Source of the DNA: an uncultured Clostridia bacterium | Lineage (GTDB): Bacteria; Bacillota; Clostridia; TANB77; CAG-508 | DNA: 33,624 nt | Assembly (NCBI GenBank): GCA_947631725.1 | Contig: CANRML010000002.1 | Location: 1-33,624 of the forward strand | Direction of reading: 5' to 3' | Shown: piece by piece, positions 16,957 through 24,886 of the stretch | Numbering within the stretch: the first letter of the stretch is position 1 | Layout of the letters: every line of letters begins with the position of its first letter | Notes under the pieces: generated by a model | Databases searched by the model: none | Told to the model about the DNA's origin: nothing | Seen by the model: the letters and a program-made list of their open reading frames with translations, nothing else | Program-made: the position numbers and the translations under genes

Positions 16957-18414
16957 TTAATCTTCTTTGAAACGTTTTCCTTTACTTTTCTTTTTGCGTG
17001 CCTTTCTTTCTATTTCTTCAAAATCTTGATAATCATAATTCTCTTCTTTGTATTCTTCTTTTTCAGTTTCTTCTGGCTCAGGTTCTTCTTCTTTACCTAA
17101 ATTATTTATTATATCATCTGCTGTTTTTCTTATGCTGTTCAAGCTTTTTGGCTTTTGCATTTCTTCATAATATGATTCGTCTTCTTCATCTTCGTCAAAA
17201 TATTCTTCATCAGATTTTCTATATTTTATATATCTAACAAGTAAAATTATTCCAACAATTACTATTGCTACAACAATTACAGCTATAATTATAATTCTTT
17301 GTTGTTTCTCTTTTTCTTGTCTTTCAGCCTCTGCTTTTTCTCTTGCAATTGCTTCTTCATCTACTAAGCTTTTATTTACTGTAATTTGGTATGTAACTGT
17401 TTCCTTTTCGTCATCACTTTGAACAGTTATAGTGATAACATTTTCTCCTTCTTTTAAGTCTTCATTTCCTATTACTTCAATGATTTGTCCTTCATCTATT
17501 GCTGTTGTTGATATGTCTAATTTTGTTTTATCTCCAATCAATTTTGCAGTATATTCATATACATCTTTTTTAAATGAAGGCGATAATGTAATACCATCAA
17601 TTGTTAATTTTTCTAATCCTACTTTTATTTCTTCCTCAGCTTCTGTTTCTTCTTCTGTATTTGTTGTATCCTCATTTTCTTCTGTTTTATCTTCCTCTTC
17701 TTTTGCAGCTTCTCTTGTAATTGATAGATTATATGTATTTTTTGTTGTTCCATCTTCTGCTGTAACAACTATACTAAATTGATTTACTCCTTCTTGTAAA
17801 TCTTTTTTTCCTGTACCTGTTATTGTTTGTCCATTTAGTATTTGCCCGTTTTGTCCTTTACCTTTATTAGCATATATATTTACACTAGAAACAGAATTTG
17901 GAACAGTAGCAGAATATGAAGTCTTACTTGGTGTAAATCCTTTAAAATCATTTGGTGTGAATCCTAAATTAGAAAGTTTTGCATTATTTGATTTTTGAGG
18001 TGTTTGAGTTTGTGTTGTACTACCTGAACCATTAGAATTACTATTGCTAGCACTCGCAACAGTAATATTGCATGATTTAGCTCCAACATTAACATCCTTT
18101 CCTTCACTATCTGACAAAGTTACAGGTTGTGCTGTTACTGTAATTGTTCCTGAATTTTGTGCTGTTAAAGTTACAGATTGGCTATTTCCTTCAATCCAAA
18201 CACTGTTGCTAGATAAAGTTCCTCCTGTTGTACTAAGATTAACTCTTCCTGTACAGTCTGAAGATACTGTAATAGTTACGCTTTCTTTTGGATTGACTGT
18301 GTTTTTAGAAGCACTAATTGATATACTAGCTGCCTTAACATTTACCTGTAGAAAGAACATTGCAATCCAAAAAGTTATAATTATAAATATAGATTTTAAT
18401 AAATTTTTTTTCAT
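16957..18414 (-). CDS. Surface protein: signal peptide, Ig-like domain, two cadherin-like beta-sandwich domains, TM anchor, acidic Tyr-rich cytoplasmic tail
   Basis: Signal peptide ending VKA-AS. There are two repeats of the cadherin-like beta-sandwich pattern (NAKLSNLGF...TYNLSITRE and LEKLTIDGITLSPSFKKDVYEYTA...TYQITVNK). A TM helix IIIIAVIVVAIVIVGIILLV follows, then a tail of about 90 aa rich in D/E/Y. Confidence 0.75.
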   Translation of the reverse strand: MKKNLLKSIFIIITFWIAMFFLQVNVKAASISISASKNTVNPKESVTITVSSDCTGRVNLSTTGGTLSSNSVWIEGNSQSVTLTAQNSGTITVTAQPVTLSDSEGKDVNVGAKSCNITVASASNSNSNGSGSTTQTQTPQKSNNAKLSNLGFTPNDFKGFTPSKTSYSATVPNSVSSVNIYANKGKGQNGQILNGQTITGTGKKDLQEGVNQFSIVVTAEDGTTKNTYNLSITREAAKEEEDKTEENEDTTNTEEETEAEEEIKVGLEKLTIDGITLSPSFKKDVYEYTAKLIGDKTKLDISTTAIDEGQIIEVIGNEDLKEGENVITITVQSDDEKETVTYQITVNKSLVDEEAIAREKAEAERQEKEKQQRIIIIAVIVVAIVIVGIILLVRYIKYRKSDEEYFDEDEEDESYYEEMQKPKSLNSIRKTADDIINNLGKEEEPEPEETEKEEYKEENYDYQDFEEIERKARKKKSKGKRFKED

Positions 18415-18434
18415 ATTCCACCTCTTCTAAGTAA

Positions 18435-19919
18435 TTATTGCATCAATTGATTTTTTATTAAAACATAATCACTTGCTGTTATTTTTCCATCACCATTTGT
18501 GTCTGCGCGACTAATTGCATTAGTATCAAATTGAGTAATACCCATAATATAATTTTTAACTAAAACATAATCTCCTGCGGTTAACTTTCCATCTCCATTT
18601 GCATCACCTTTTGTAGAATTAGCATTTGTATTAGGTTGTACCTGACTGCTATTTCCAGTAGTTGTTTCTCCATTTAATGGTATTAGATATAGTTTATATG
18701 GACTTTCATAATCAAAAGTTTCTCTTGCTGTATATCCTATTTGTCCGTTAGATTTTTGTACTTTATCCCAATAAGTTCCATTTATTTTTGTTGTTGCTTT
18801 TTCTAGTCTTGCTACAACCTCGTCTTTCCAAAGCCAAGCAACTAATGTAGCATCTTGTGGAGATTTTCTTAGTTTCAAACTGCTAGTTACATTTATTTTT
18901 ACTAAATCAGATGTAGGTAAATTGCTATTAACTAATTCTGGATTAAGAGCTGCTGTCTGTGGCATATTTGTATAAACTGGAATAATAAATGTATGTGAAG
19001 AAGAAAGTGCATTAACTGATTGATATGTACTTCTTAAAGTTGAGCCTTCAGAACCAGCTGCAGTTAAATTTTGTTGATATTGATGCCAATATGTATTTGT
19101 TGCAGTTACATTAAATTTTTGTAAATATAGTGTGTTTTGTCCCTGTCTTATATATTCCTTAGCAACAAATTGTATTCCACCATCAATTGATTTTTCTAAT
19201 GTATTCCATCCTTGTTTTTTAGCATAAGCAATTCCATTTTGTATAACTTGACTACTTGTAGAACCAGATGCACCAATATTAAATGCATTATAATATCCTG
19301 ATTGTCCAGATACAAGTGTAGAACCTCCTCTACCTTGCTCTTGTATTAATCTTGCCACAATATAGTAAGCATTTATTTGATAACTATTAGCAGTATTAAC
19401 AATTCCTTGTTCATGTCCTTGTAAAAATGTTCCTTGTGTCATTGATTGAACAATACTAAGTTGAGCATTTGTTCCTGTTAATTCTTCAAATTGAAATATA
19501 TCTATTTCATTTAATGAATTTCTAGGATCCATAACATAGCTTATTGCTGATTGTGAAGCACATCTCCATGTACCATTATCATATGCACGATTTCCGCAAA
19601 TTGAACAAATCCAATTTGAATTTCTAGTATTAGGTACTAAGTTTTTAGGAGAACCACCATGTCCTTCATATTCCTTTGAAATAACTGTATTCCAATCTAA
19701 ATTTGTATATAATATCTTAAAATTCCAATTTGGATATTTTGCTTTTAATGATTGTATACGTTCTTTAATTCCTGGATAAGCTGACGCATTAATTCCATTG
19801 ATGTCTGTACTTATTTGTTGTGACACACCATATGTATATTGATTTCCAAATAATTGCAATATGGTATATGAAATTATTGTTAGTAATAAAATTAAACATA
19901 TACATTTTATCCTTTTCAT
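18435..19919 (-). CDS. Secreted peptidoglycan hydrolase: GH73-type N-acetylglucosaminidase + SH3b-like domain + type I dockerin
   Basis: Signal/TM at the N-terminus. The glucosaminidase-like core shows YYIVARLIQEQGRGG...YYNAFNIGASG...GQNTLYLQKFNV. An SH3b-like segment follows (LKLRKSPQDATLVAWLWKDEVV...). Two dockerin EF-hand repeats are present (GDANGDGKLTAGDYVLVKNYIMG and ADTNGDGKITASDYVLIKNQLM). I start it at ATG 19917-19919, which has RBS GGGAGG 7 nt upstream; the track's TTG at 19934 lies inside that RBS. Confidence 0.8.
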   Translation of the reverse strand: MKRIKCICLILLLTIISYTILQLFGNQYTYGVSQQISTDINGINASAYPGIKERIQSLKAKYPNWNFKILYTNLDWNTVISKEYEGHGGSPKNLVPNTRNSNWICSICGNRAYDNGTWRCASQSAISYVMDPRNSLNEIDIFQFEELTGTNAQLSIVQSMTQGTFLQGHEQGIVNTANSYQINAYYIVARLIQEQGRGGSTLVSGQSGYYNAFNIGASGSTSSQVIQNGIAYAKKQGWNTLEKSIDGGIQFVAKEYIRQGQNTLYLQKFNVTATNTYWHQYQQNLTAAGSEGSTLRSTYQSVNALSSSHTFIIPVYTNMPQTAALNPELVNSNLPTSDLVKINVTSSLKLRKSPQDATLVAWLWKDEVVARLEKATTKINGTYWDKVQKSNGQIGYTARETFDYESPYKLYLIPLNGETTTGNSSQVQPNTNANSTKGDANGDGKLTAGDYVLVKNYIMGITQFDTNAISRADTNGDGKITASDYVLIKNQLMQ

Positions 19920-19965
19920 ACGTTTTCCTCCCAAAATTTTACATCTGTTGTAATTTTTCGACTAT

Positions 19966-19994
19966 ATTATATCATTGACAATTTTTTCCGTCAA
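19966..19994 (-). promoter_or_regulatory. Sigma-A-type extended -10 promoter of the GH73-dockerin / cadherin-like operon
   Basis: On the minus strand: TTGACG (19989-19994), a 17-nt spacer, then TGA-TATAAT (19966-19971). Confidence 0.6.
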
Positions 19995-20028
19995 CAAAAA
20001 TTACTTTTTTTACTAAAATGTAATATAT

Positions 20029-20057
20029 TTGTAATATTGTAATATCTGTGATATAAT
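20029..20057 (+). promoter_or_regulatory. Sigma-A-type extended -10 promoter of the U32 gene
   Basis: TTGTAA (20029-20034), a 17-nt spacer, then TGA-TATAAT (20052-20057), 65 nt upstream of ATG 20123. Three direct copies of TGTAATAT overlap it. Confidence 0.55.
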
Positions 20058-20122
20058 ATAAAAAAATTAAATTTTGTTTTATATAATTTTAAAAAATTCA
20101 AAATGGAAGGTGTGTTTAAAAA

Positions 20123-22564
20123 ATGGTAGAATTATTAGCCCCTGTCGGCAATTTTGAGTCACTGAAAGCTGCTGTGCAAAATGGTGCAGACGCAGTATAT
20201 TTTGGTAGCACTTCATTTAACGCTAGAGCTTTTGCTGGTAATTTTAATTCAGATACTTTGCAAGATGCTATTTTATATGCAAAATTACGTGGTGTTCAAA
20301 CCAATTTAACTTTAAATACACTTTTAAAAGATGATGAATTAGAAGAAGCATTTAATTTAGTAAAACACGCATATGAATATGGAATTGATGCAGTTATTGT
20401 TCAAGATTTAGGTCTTGCTAATTTACTTATTAAATCTTTTCCAGACTTACCTATTCATTCTAGTACACAAATGTCAATACATAATTTAGAAGGTGTTCTT
20501 AAATTACAAGAATTAGGCTTTAAGCGTGTAGTATTATCAAGAGAACTTTCATTGCGTGATATCCAATATATTTGTAAACATTCCTCAATTGAAATTGAAA
20601 CTTTTATTCATGGTGCATTATGTATTTCATATTCTGGTCAATGTCTATTTTCTAGTTTAGTTGGTGGACGTTCTGGAAATCGTGGAAAATGTGCTCAAAG
20701 TTGTAGGCTTCCATTTGAGTTATTAGAGGATGATAAAAAAATAGATTCTGGATATTTATTAAGTACTCGTGATTTATGCGGATTACAATTTTTGCCTGAT
20801 TTAATTGAAGCAGGTGTAAAAAGTTTTAAAATTGAAGGTAGGATGAAAAATAGCGAATATGTTGCAATAGTAACAAAAATATATCGTAAATATATTGATT
20901 TAGCATTAGATTGTATAAGTTCTGGAAATAAACAAGACTACAAAATAGATCCAGAAGATGAAAAAATGTTATTACAAGTATTTAATAGAGGAAATTTTTC
21001 TAAAGGACATTTAGATAATATTCCTAATAAAGATTTAGTATTTAAAGAAAAGCCAAATAATATGGGTGTTTATTTAGGTATTGTTCAAAAATACAATAAT
21101 ACTAAAGGTCATATTACACTTAAATTGCAGGATAAAATAAATATTGGTGATACTATTTCTTTGCAAAGAGAAACTGGTACATATACTATTTCTGAAATTT
21201 TACAAAAAAATCAAAATATAAAAGAAACTAAGGTTGGAGATGTTGTAACAATAGGAAGGATGAAAGGAAATATTCAATCTGGAGATAAAATATATAAACT
21301 TTCTTCTAAAGCTTTATCTTCAATCGCAAAAGAAAGTTTTTCAAAAGAAAACAGAAAGGTTTTCTTAGATGCTAAAATTTCTATTAAAAAAGGAAAGCCT
21401 ATTTCTATTAAAATAACTTCATCATTTCAATTGCCAAAAGAATATAGTAAAATGAATATAAAATGTGAGCTTAAAGACGTTATTCCGTTTGAGGCTAAAA
21501 ATCAACCTTTAGTTGCTGAAAATGTTATTTTACAACTTACAAAAACTAATAATACTCCATATCAGTTTAAACATATTCAAATAGATTTAGATGATAATCT
21601 ATTTTTACCTAAAAATTCTTTAAATGAATTAAGACGTTCTGCTCTTAAAAAAGTAGAAGAATTTGCTTGTGGAAATATTACAAGAAAATCAAACCAATTG
21701 CAAATACCATATACAGATACATTTAAAAATTTAAAAAAGGTTAATGAGCCTAAAATTTCAGTGTTATTACACACACTAGATACTTCATATAATTACAAAG
21801 ATTTGGATAAATCCATTAACTCTGTATATGTACCTTTAAAATATTTCACAATGAGTGCTTATGAAAATATTATCCAAGAATTGATTAAAAGTTTTAATGT
21901 GTATATATATATTCCAACAGTTGTAAAAGTAAATTATAGGAATTTACTTGTTTCAAAAATACATCAAACATTAGAAAAATTTGCAATTAAAGGTTTTGTA
22001 ATATCTAATATAGGAAATTTAGAATTATTAGAATCAACAAGCATTGATTTAAGTAAGTTTGAGCTTATCGGTAATTATACTCTTAATGTATATAATACTC
22101 TAACTATTGCTAAATTAAAAGCTTTAGGAATAAATAAATTTATAAATTCTCCTGAATTAGATAAAGAAACTCTTTTAAAATTATCTAGTTGCTCTATATT
22201 GCCAAAAGAATTGATTGTATATGGAAAATTACCACTAATGAATATTAGATATTGTTTGCTTGGAAATACAAATTTATGTTATCCTGAGTGTAAAAGTAGA
22301 TGTACTTCAAATCATACTTATTACTTAAAAGATAGGTTACAAATGAAATTTAGAGTTTTACCTGATAATATACAAACTGTAACAACAATATTTAATAGCA
22401 AAACTTTATCTATACTTTATGATGATTTTTCAGTTGATTCTGTCCGTGTCGACATATTAGATGAAGGAATTGATGAAATAAATAATGTCATTGATATTGT
22501 GAAAAAGCATAAACGTTTTGAAGGTTCTGCTTATACCAATGGAAACTTAAATCGAAAAATATGA
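20123..22564 (+). CDS. U32 family protein (collagenase/PrtC-like, long form with C-terminal DUF3656-type region)
   Basis: N-terminus MVELLAPVGNFESLKAAVQNGADAVYFG. It also carries the U32 signature region ExFxHGALCxSYSGxCxxS (ETFIHGALCISYSGQCLFSS), GRSGNRGKCAQSCR and FKIEGRMK. The length of 813 aa fits the fused long clostridial form. Confidence 0.9.
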   Translation: MVELLAPVGNFESLKAAVQNGADAVYFGSTSFNARAFAGNFNSDTLQDAILYAKLRGVQTNLTLNTLLKDDELEEAFNLVKHAYEYGIDAVIVQDLGLANLLIKSFPDLPIHSSTQMSIHNLEGVLKLQELGFKRVVLSRELSLRDIQYICKHSSIEIETFIHGALCISYSGQCLFSSLVGGRSGNRGKCAQSCRLPFELLEDDKKIDSGYLLSTRDLCGLQFLPDLIEAGVKSFKIEGRMKNSEYVAIVTKIYRKYIDLALDCISSGNKQDYKIDPEDEKMLLQVFNRGNFSKGHLDNIPNKDLVFKEKPNNMGVYLGIVQKYNNTKGHITLKLQDKINIGDTISLQRETGTYTISEILQKNQNIKETKVGDVVTIGRMKGNIQSGDKIYKLSSKALSSIAKESFSKENRKVFLDAKISIKKGKPISIKITSSFQLPKEYSKMNIKCELKDVIPFEAKNQPLVAENVILQLTKTNNTPYQFKHIQIDLDDNLFLPKNSLNELRRSALKKVEEFACGNITRKSNQLQIPYTDTFKNLKKVNEPKISVLLHTLDTSYNYKDLDKSINSVYVPLKYFTMSAYENIIQELIKSFNVYIYIPTVVKVNYRNLLVSKIHQTLEKFAIKGFVISNIGNLELLESTSIDLSKFELIGNYTLNVYNTLTIAKLKALGINKFINSPELDKETLLKLSSCSILPKELIVYGKLPLMNIRYCLLGNTNLCYPECKSRCTSNHTYYLKDRLQMKFRVLPDNIQTVTTIFNSKTLSILYDDFSVDSVRVDILDEGIDEINNVIDIVKKHKRFEGSAYTNGNLNRKI

Positions 22565-22581
22565 GAGGTTTTCCCTCTCAT
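22561..22581. terminator. Bidirectional terminator shared by the convergent U32 and RNHCP genes
   Basis: Stem ATGAGAGG (22561-22568) / CCTCTCAT (22574-22581), followed by ATTTTATATT on plus and ATTTTTCGATTT on minus. It overlaps the U32 stop codon and abuts the RNHCP stop. Confidence 0.7.
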
Positions 22582-22584
22582 ATT

Positions 22585-22899
22585 TTATATTCCTTTTGAT
22601 AATTGAATTATAATATCCATGTCATCATCTTTTGCAGCTTTATTTTTACGAATTGCTCCACATTTTTTACATCTAAAAACAATGACATATCCTTTTTTAT
22701 TGTTTATTTCTAGCCCTATTGGTTCTAAATCTCCATGACACTCTTCTTCTCTATCACCAGGATTTTTATCTACATGTTTAGAGTGCAAACAATATGGGCA
22801 ATGATTTCTGCAAGAATATCCTAATTTTTCAACTTTTTTACCACAATTATCACAAATAAATTCTTCGTCAATCTCTGTAAAATTTCCTTTTTGTAACAT
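22585..22899 (-). CDS. RNHCP domain-containing zinc-ribbon protein (function unknown)
   Basis: 104 aa containing the literal RNHCPYC motif plus CDNCG and CKKCG Cys pairs. RBS GAAGGTG lies upstream. Confidence 0.8.
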   Translation of the reverse strand: MLQKGNFTEIDEEFICDNCGKKVEKLGYSCRNHCPYCLHSKHVDKNPGDREEECHGDLEPIGLEINNKKGYVIVFRCKKCGAIRKNKAAKDDDMDIIIQLSKGI

Positions 22900-22922
22900 A
22901 AATTCACCTTCTATTCATTTTT

Positions 22923-22952
22923 ATTATAACCTTCTATATATTTATTTGTCAA
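22923..22952 (-). promoter_or_regulatory. Sigma-A-type promoter of the RNHCP gene
   Basis: On the minus strand: TTGACA (22947-22952), an 18-nt spacer, then TATAAT (22923-22928). It lies 24 nt upstream of ATG 22899 and just downstream of the terminator at 22955-22988. Confidence 0.55.
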
Positions 22953-22954
22953 AT

Positions 22955-22988
22955 ATATAAAACAAGCAAGAGCTAAAACTCTTGCCTG
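22955..22988 (-). terminator. Rho-independent terminator ending the transcript that leaves the TnpB/omega-RNA region
   Basis: On the minus strand, CAGGCAAGAG (22979-22988) pairs with CTCTTGCTTG (22963-22972) around a 6-nt loop. The stem is 10 bp including one G-U and is followed by TTTTATATATTT. Confidence 0.8.
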
Positions 22989-23234
22989 CTTCTGGCTACT
23001 AATACATACTTACAATTTCCTCATACTTTATTTGTCTGAAGTCTTCAGTGGTGCTCATCATTACTAAGTATGTCGGCTTTATTTCAAAATATCAATTCAT
23101 TTTAGCATTGACTAATGTTAATTATTTTACTAAAACATAGAATTAGCTTTAAAAGTTGAATTTCGATATTGTACTTTTTTATCAATTTAACTTTGTATTT
23201 TTTTATCAAATCTATATTGAATTTTACATTATAT

Positions 23235-23470
23235 TGACATATTCGAGCTAATGCCAAACCTTTCCGTCAAATTCTAGTGCATTTTCGTTGTAGATGTAAG
23301 AAGCCATATGCGCTACCTCCGTGACATACTCCCACCACTTAAGAAGTGGGGGCTTCTCGCTCGACAGCACTAATATGCTGAGCATAAACGAGCTATTTCC
23401 GTGTGTCCCACGGTTCTATTTATTTATTATACTATTGCTAGTTTCATTCCTTCTTTTCTTATATTTATTG
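23235..23470 (-). ncRNA. Putative TnpB omega-RNA (reRNA) scaffold plus guide. Ends are approximate
   Basis: A GC-rich island in an otherwise AT-rich intergenic region, lying at and just downstream of the tnpB stop on the tnpB strand. It has nested stems: 23399-23403/23409-23413 (CCGTG/CACGG); 23359-23363/23389-23393 enclosing 23365-23369/23376-23380; 23331-23335/23346-23350 (CCCAC/GTGGG); and the long-range pair 23300-23305/23351-23356 (GAAGCC/GGCTTC). Position and architecture match what is established for IS200/IS605 omega-RNAs. The 5' end inside tnpB and the 3' scaffold/guide junction cannot be fixed from one copy. Confidence 0.55.
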
Positions 23471-24521
23471 CAGCATTTATATCCCTATCATGGTGTATTC
23501 CACATTTAGGACAATTCCATTCTCTAATACTTAGATTCTTTGTTTTTGGATTTTTGTAACCGCAAACGTTGCATATTTGAGAACTTGCAAAAAACTTGTC
23601 TACTTTTATTAGTTGCTTTCCTTTTTCTTCAAGCTTATATTGTAAGAAAGTTATAAACATTCCCCAGCCATTATCTGCTACTGACTTGCCAAAGTTAAGT
23701 GTTTGTGACATTGCTTTCATATTTAGATTTTCAACACAAATACAATCATAGGCATTTGCTATCTGCCTTGATTGTTTATGTAAGAAATCTTTTCTTTGAT
23801 TTGCAACTTTCTCATGTAATTTTGCAACTTTAATACGTTGCTTATTTCGGTTGTTTGAGCCTTTTTCCATTTTAGATAATTTGCGTTGTTCTCTCTCTAA
23901 TTTCTTTTCAGCTTTTCTATAATATCTTGGATATTTCGGCTCATTTCCATTGCTATCTTTATATAATTCATGCATAGAATAATCTAACCCCAAAAATGTA
24001 TGTGCTTTTTGTTTTGGTTCTTGTTTTTCGTACTCAAACAAAATACTTGCATAATATTTTCTACTTGGGCTTTGACTTATTGTTACAGATTTTAATTTAT
24101 AATTTGTTGGAATCCTTCTATGTTGTTTTATTTTTATATTACCTACTTTAGGTAGTCTTATATTTCCATTACCTAGCACAATATTTCCGTTTACACAATT
24201 GGTTGTATAACTTTGATGATTACTTCTCTTTGTTTTGTATTTTGGAAAACCTATTTTTGGATCTCTAAAAAAATTGCTATATGCTGTTTGTAAATTTAAT
24301 TGTGCATTAGCAAGTGCTAAACTATCTACTTCTTTTAACCATTCATATTCTTTCTTGTACTGTGCTGGCGTATTTTTTAGCTTTTTCTTAGTTTCTTCAT
24401 AATATTTTATTTTATCTGATAACATACGATTATATATAAATCTAACACATCCAAAAGTTTTAGCTAACATTTTTCTTTGCTCTTTATTCGGATATATTCT
24501 AAATTTATATGCTTTATTCAA
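23427..24521 (-). CDS. tnpB: TnpB (IS200/IS605-family OrfB, RNA-guided RuvC-like endonuclease)
   Basis: N-terminus MNKAYKFRIYPNKEQRKMLAKTFGCVRFIYN is the canonical OrfB_IS605 start. The protein also has a GLDYS-type RuvC-I, a C-terminal zinc finger CNVCGYKN...CPKCGIHHDRDINAAINI and a RuvC-III Asp. TTG start with RBS AAGGTG. Confidence 0.93.
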   Translation of the reverse strand: MNKAYKFRIYPNKEQRKMLAKTFGCVRFIYNRMLSDKIKYYEETKKKLKNTPAQYKKEYEWLKEVDSLALANAQLNLQTAYSNFFRDPKIGFPKYKTKRSNHQSYTTNCVNGNIVLGNGNIRLPKVGNIKIKQHRRIPTNYKLKSVTISQSPSRKYYASILFEYEKQEPKQKAHTFLGLDYSMHELYKDSNGNEPKYPRYYRKAEKKLEREQRKLSKMEKGSNNRNKQRIKVAKLHEKVANQRKDFLHKQSRQIANAYDCICVENLNMKAMSQTLNFGKSVADNGWGMFITFLQYKLEEKGKQLIKVDKFFASSQICNVCGYKNPKTKNLSIREWNCPKCGIHHDRDINAAINIRKEGMKLAIV

Positions 24522-24592
24522 TCGCTTTCACCTTGACTTTCTATATATTTTTATTTTCTCTATAGGTGTTCCTTTTTGTGGGAATTCTTTTT

Positions 24593-24664
24593 TCAAAAGT
24601 CTACTATTTGCCCAAGATGATAATGTAACAAAAATACTGAATGTGCATTACTATTTATTTTCAT
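24593..24664 (-). pseudogene. tnpA: Possible remnant of the IS200/IS605 Y1 transposase gene tnpA (first ~17 codons only)
   Basis: My own translation of the minus strand from ATG 24662-24664 gives MKINSNAHSVFLLHYHLGQIVDF*. The string HSVFLLHYHL resembles the conserved N-terminal beta-strand (HSVYxLxYHLVxVxKYR) of one TnpA subgroup. It then diverges and stops, consistent with an internal deletion. A TTGACA box (24721-24726) lies upstream. Confidence 0.4.
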
Positions 24665-24796
24665 AAAGAAAATCTACCTATTTACTAGAGTAAAAACATA
24701 ATAATACATTTTTTACAATATGTCAACATAGAAATTGCAATTCATCTTACTACCTTAGAGGTAGGAGACTTCTTGACTAGATAAGTTAAAATTTTT

Positions 24797-24818
24797 GAGG
24801 AGGTCTTAGAAACCTCCC
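24797..24818 (-). terminator. Probable feoB terminator hairpin (weak U-tract)
   Basis: On the minus strand: GGGAGGT, a 7-nt loop, ACCTCCT, followed by CAAAAATTTTAAC. It lies 70 nt downstream of the feoB stop. The U-tract is poor, and it could instead be an insertion-site hairpin for the IS. Confidence 0.4.
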
Positions 24819-24886
24819 ATGTTGTTCAGTTTCTAAAACATATTACATATATATTATACCATATTTTATGTTAATTTTCAATTTTT

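Larger units (their letters stand above)
23235..24790 (-). mobile_element. Decayed, non-autonomous IS200/IS605-family element (tnpA remnant + tnpB + omega-RNA). Boundaries approximate
   Basis: It contains tnpB and a structured right end. There is a sub-terminal left-end hairpin CTACC/GGTAG (24750-24764) with extended imperfect pairing. No intact tnpA is present. The element lies in an intergenic gap next to the feoB terminator hairpin. Confidence 0.6.

Noticed and set aside
17900-18330. The N-terminal Ig-like domain of the cadherin-like protein considered as the cohesin partner for the neighbouring dockerin.
   Set aside because: The domain is only about 90 aa and lacks the length and sequence character of type I cohesins. 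It is left as something to test, not a call.
22999-23061. 20-codon minus-strand ORF (MMSTTEDFRQIKYEEIVSMY*) just upstream of the terminator.
   Set aside because: It has no Shine-Dalgarno sequence and no hydrophobic or toxin-like character. It is too short to evaluate and is most likely fortuitous.
23169-23209. Tandem 17-nt repeats considered as a possible CRISPR or mini-array.
   Set aside because: There are only two copies, T-rich and with a 7-nt spacer between them. There are no cas genes and no repeat-spacer periodicity.
22900-23235. Riboswitch or attenuator leader for the RNHCP gene (long upstream non-coding tract plus a terminator 55 nt before the start codon).
   Set aside because: A good TTGACA-N18-TATAAT promoter (22923-22952) lies between the terminator and the start codon. 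The terminator therefore ends an upstream transcript rather than attenuating this gene, and I could see no conserved riboswitch core.
24797-24818. The GC-rich hairpin near the IS left end considered as part of the transposon.
   Set aside because: It lies outside the sub-terminal CTACC/GGTAG hairpin and fits the position of the feoB terminator. IS200/IS605 elements commonly insert next to such hairpins. The assignment remains uncertain.
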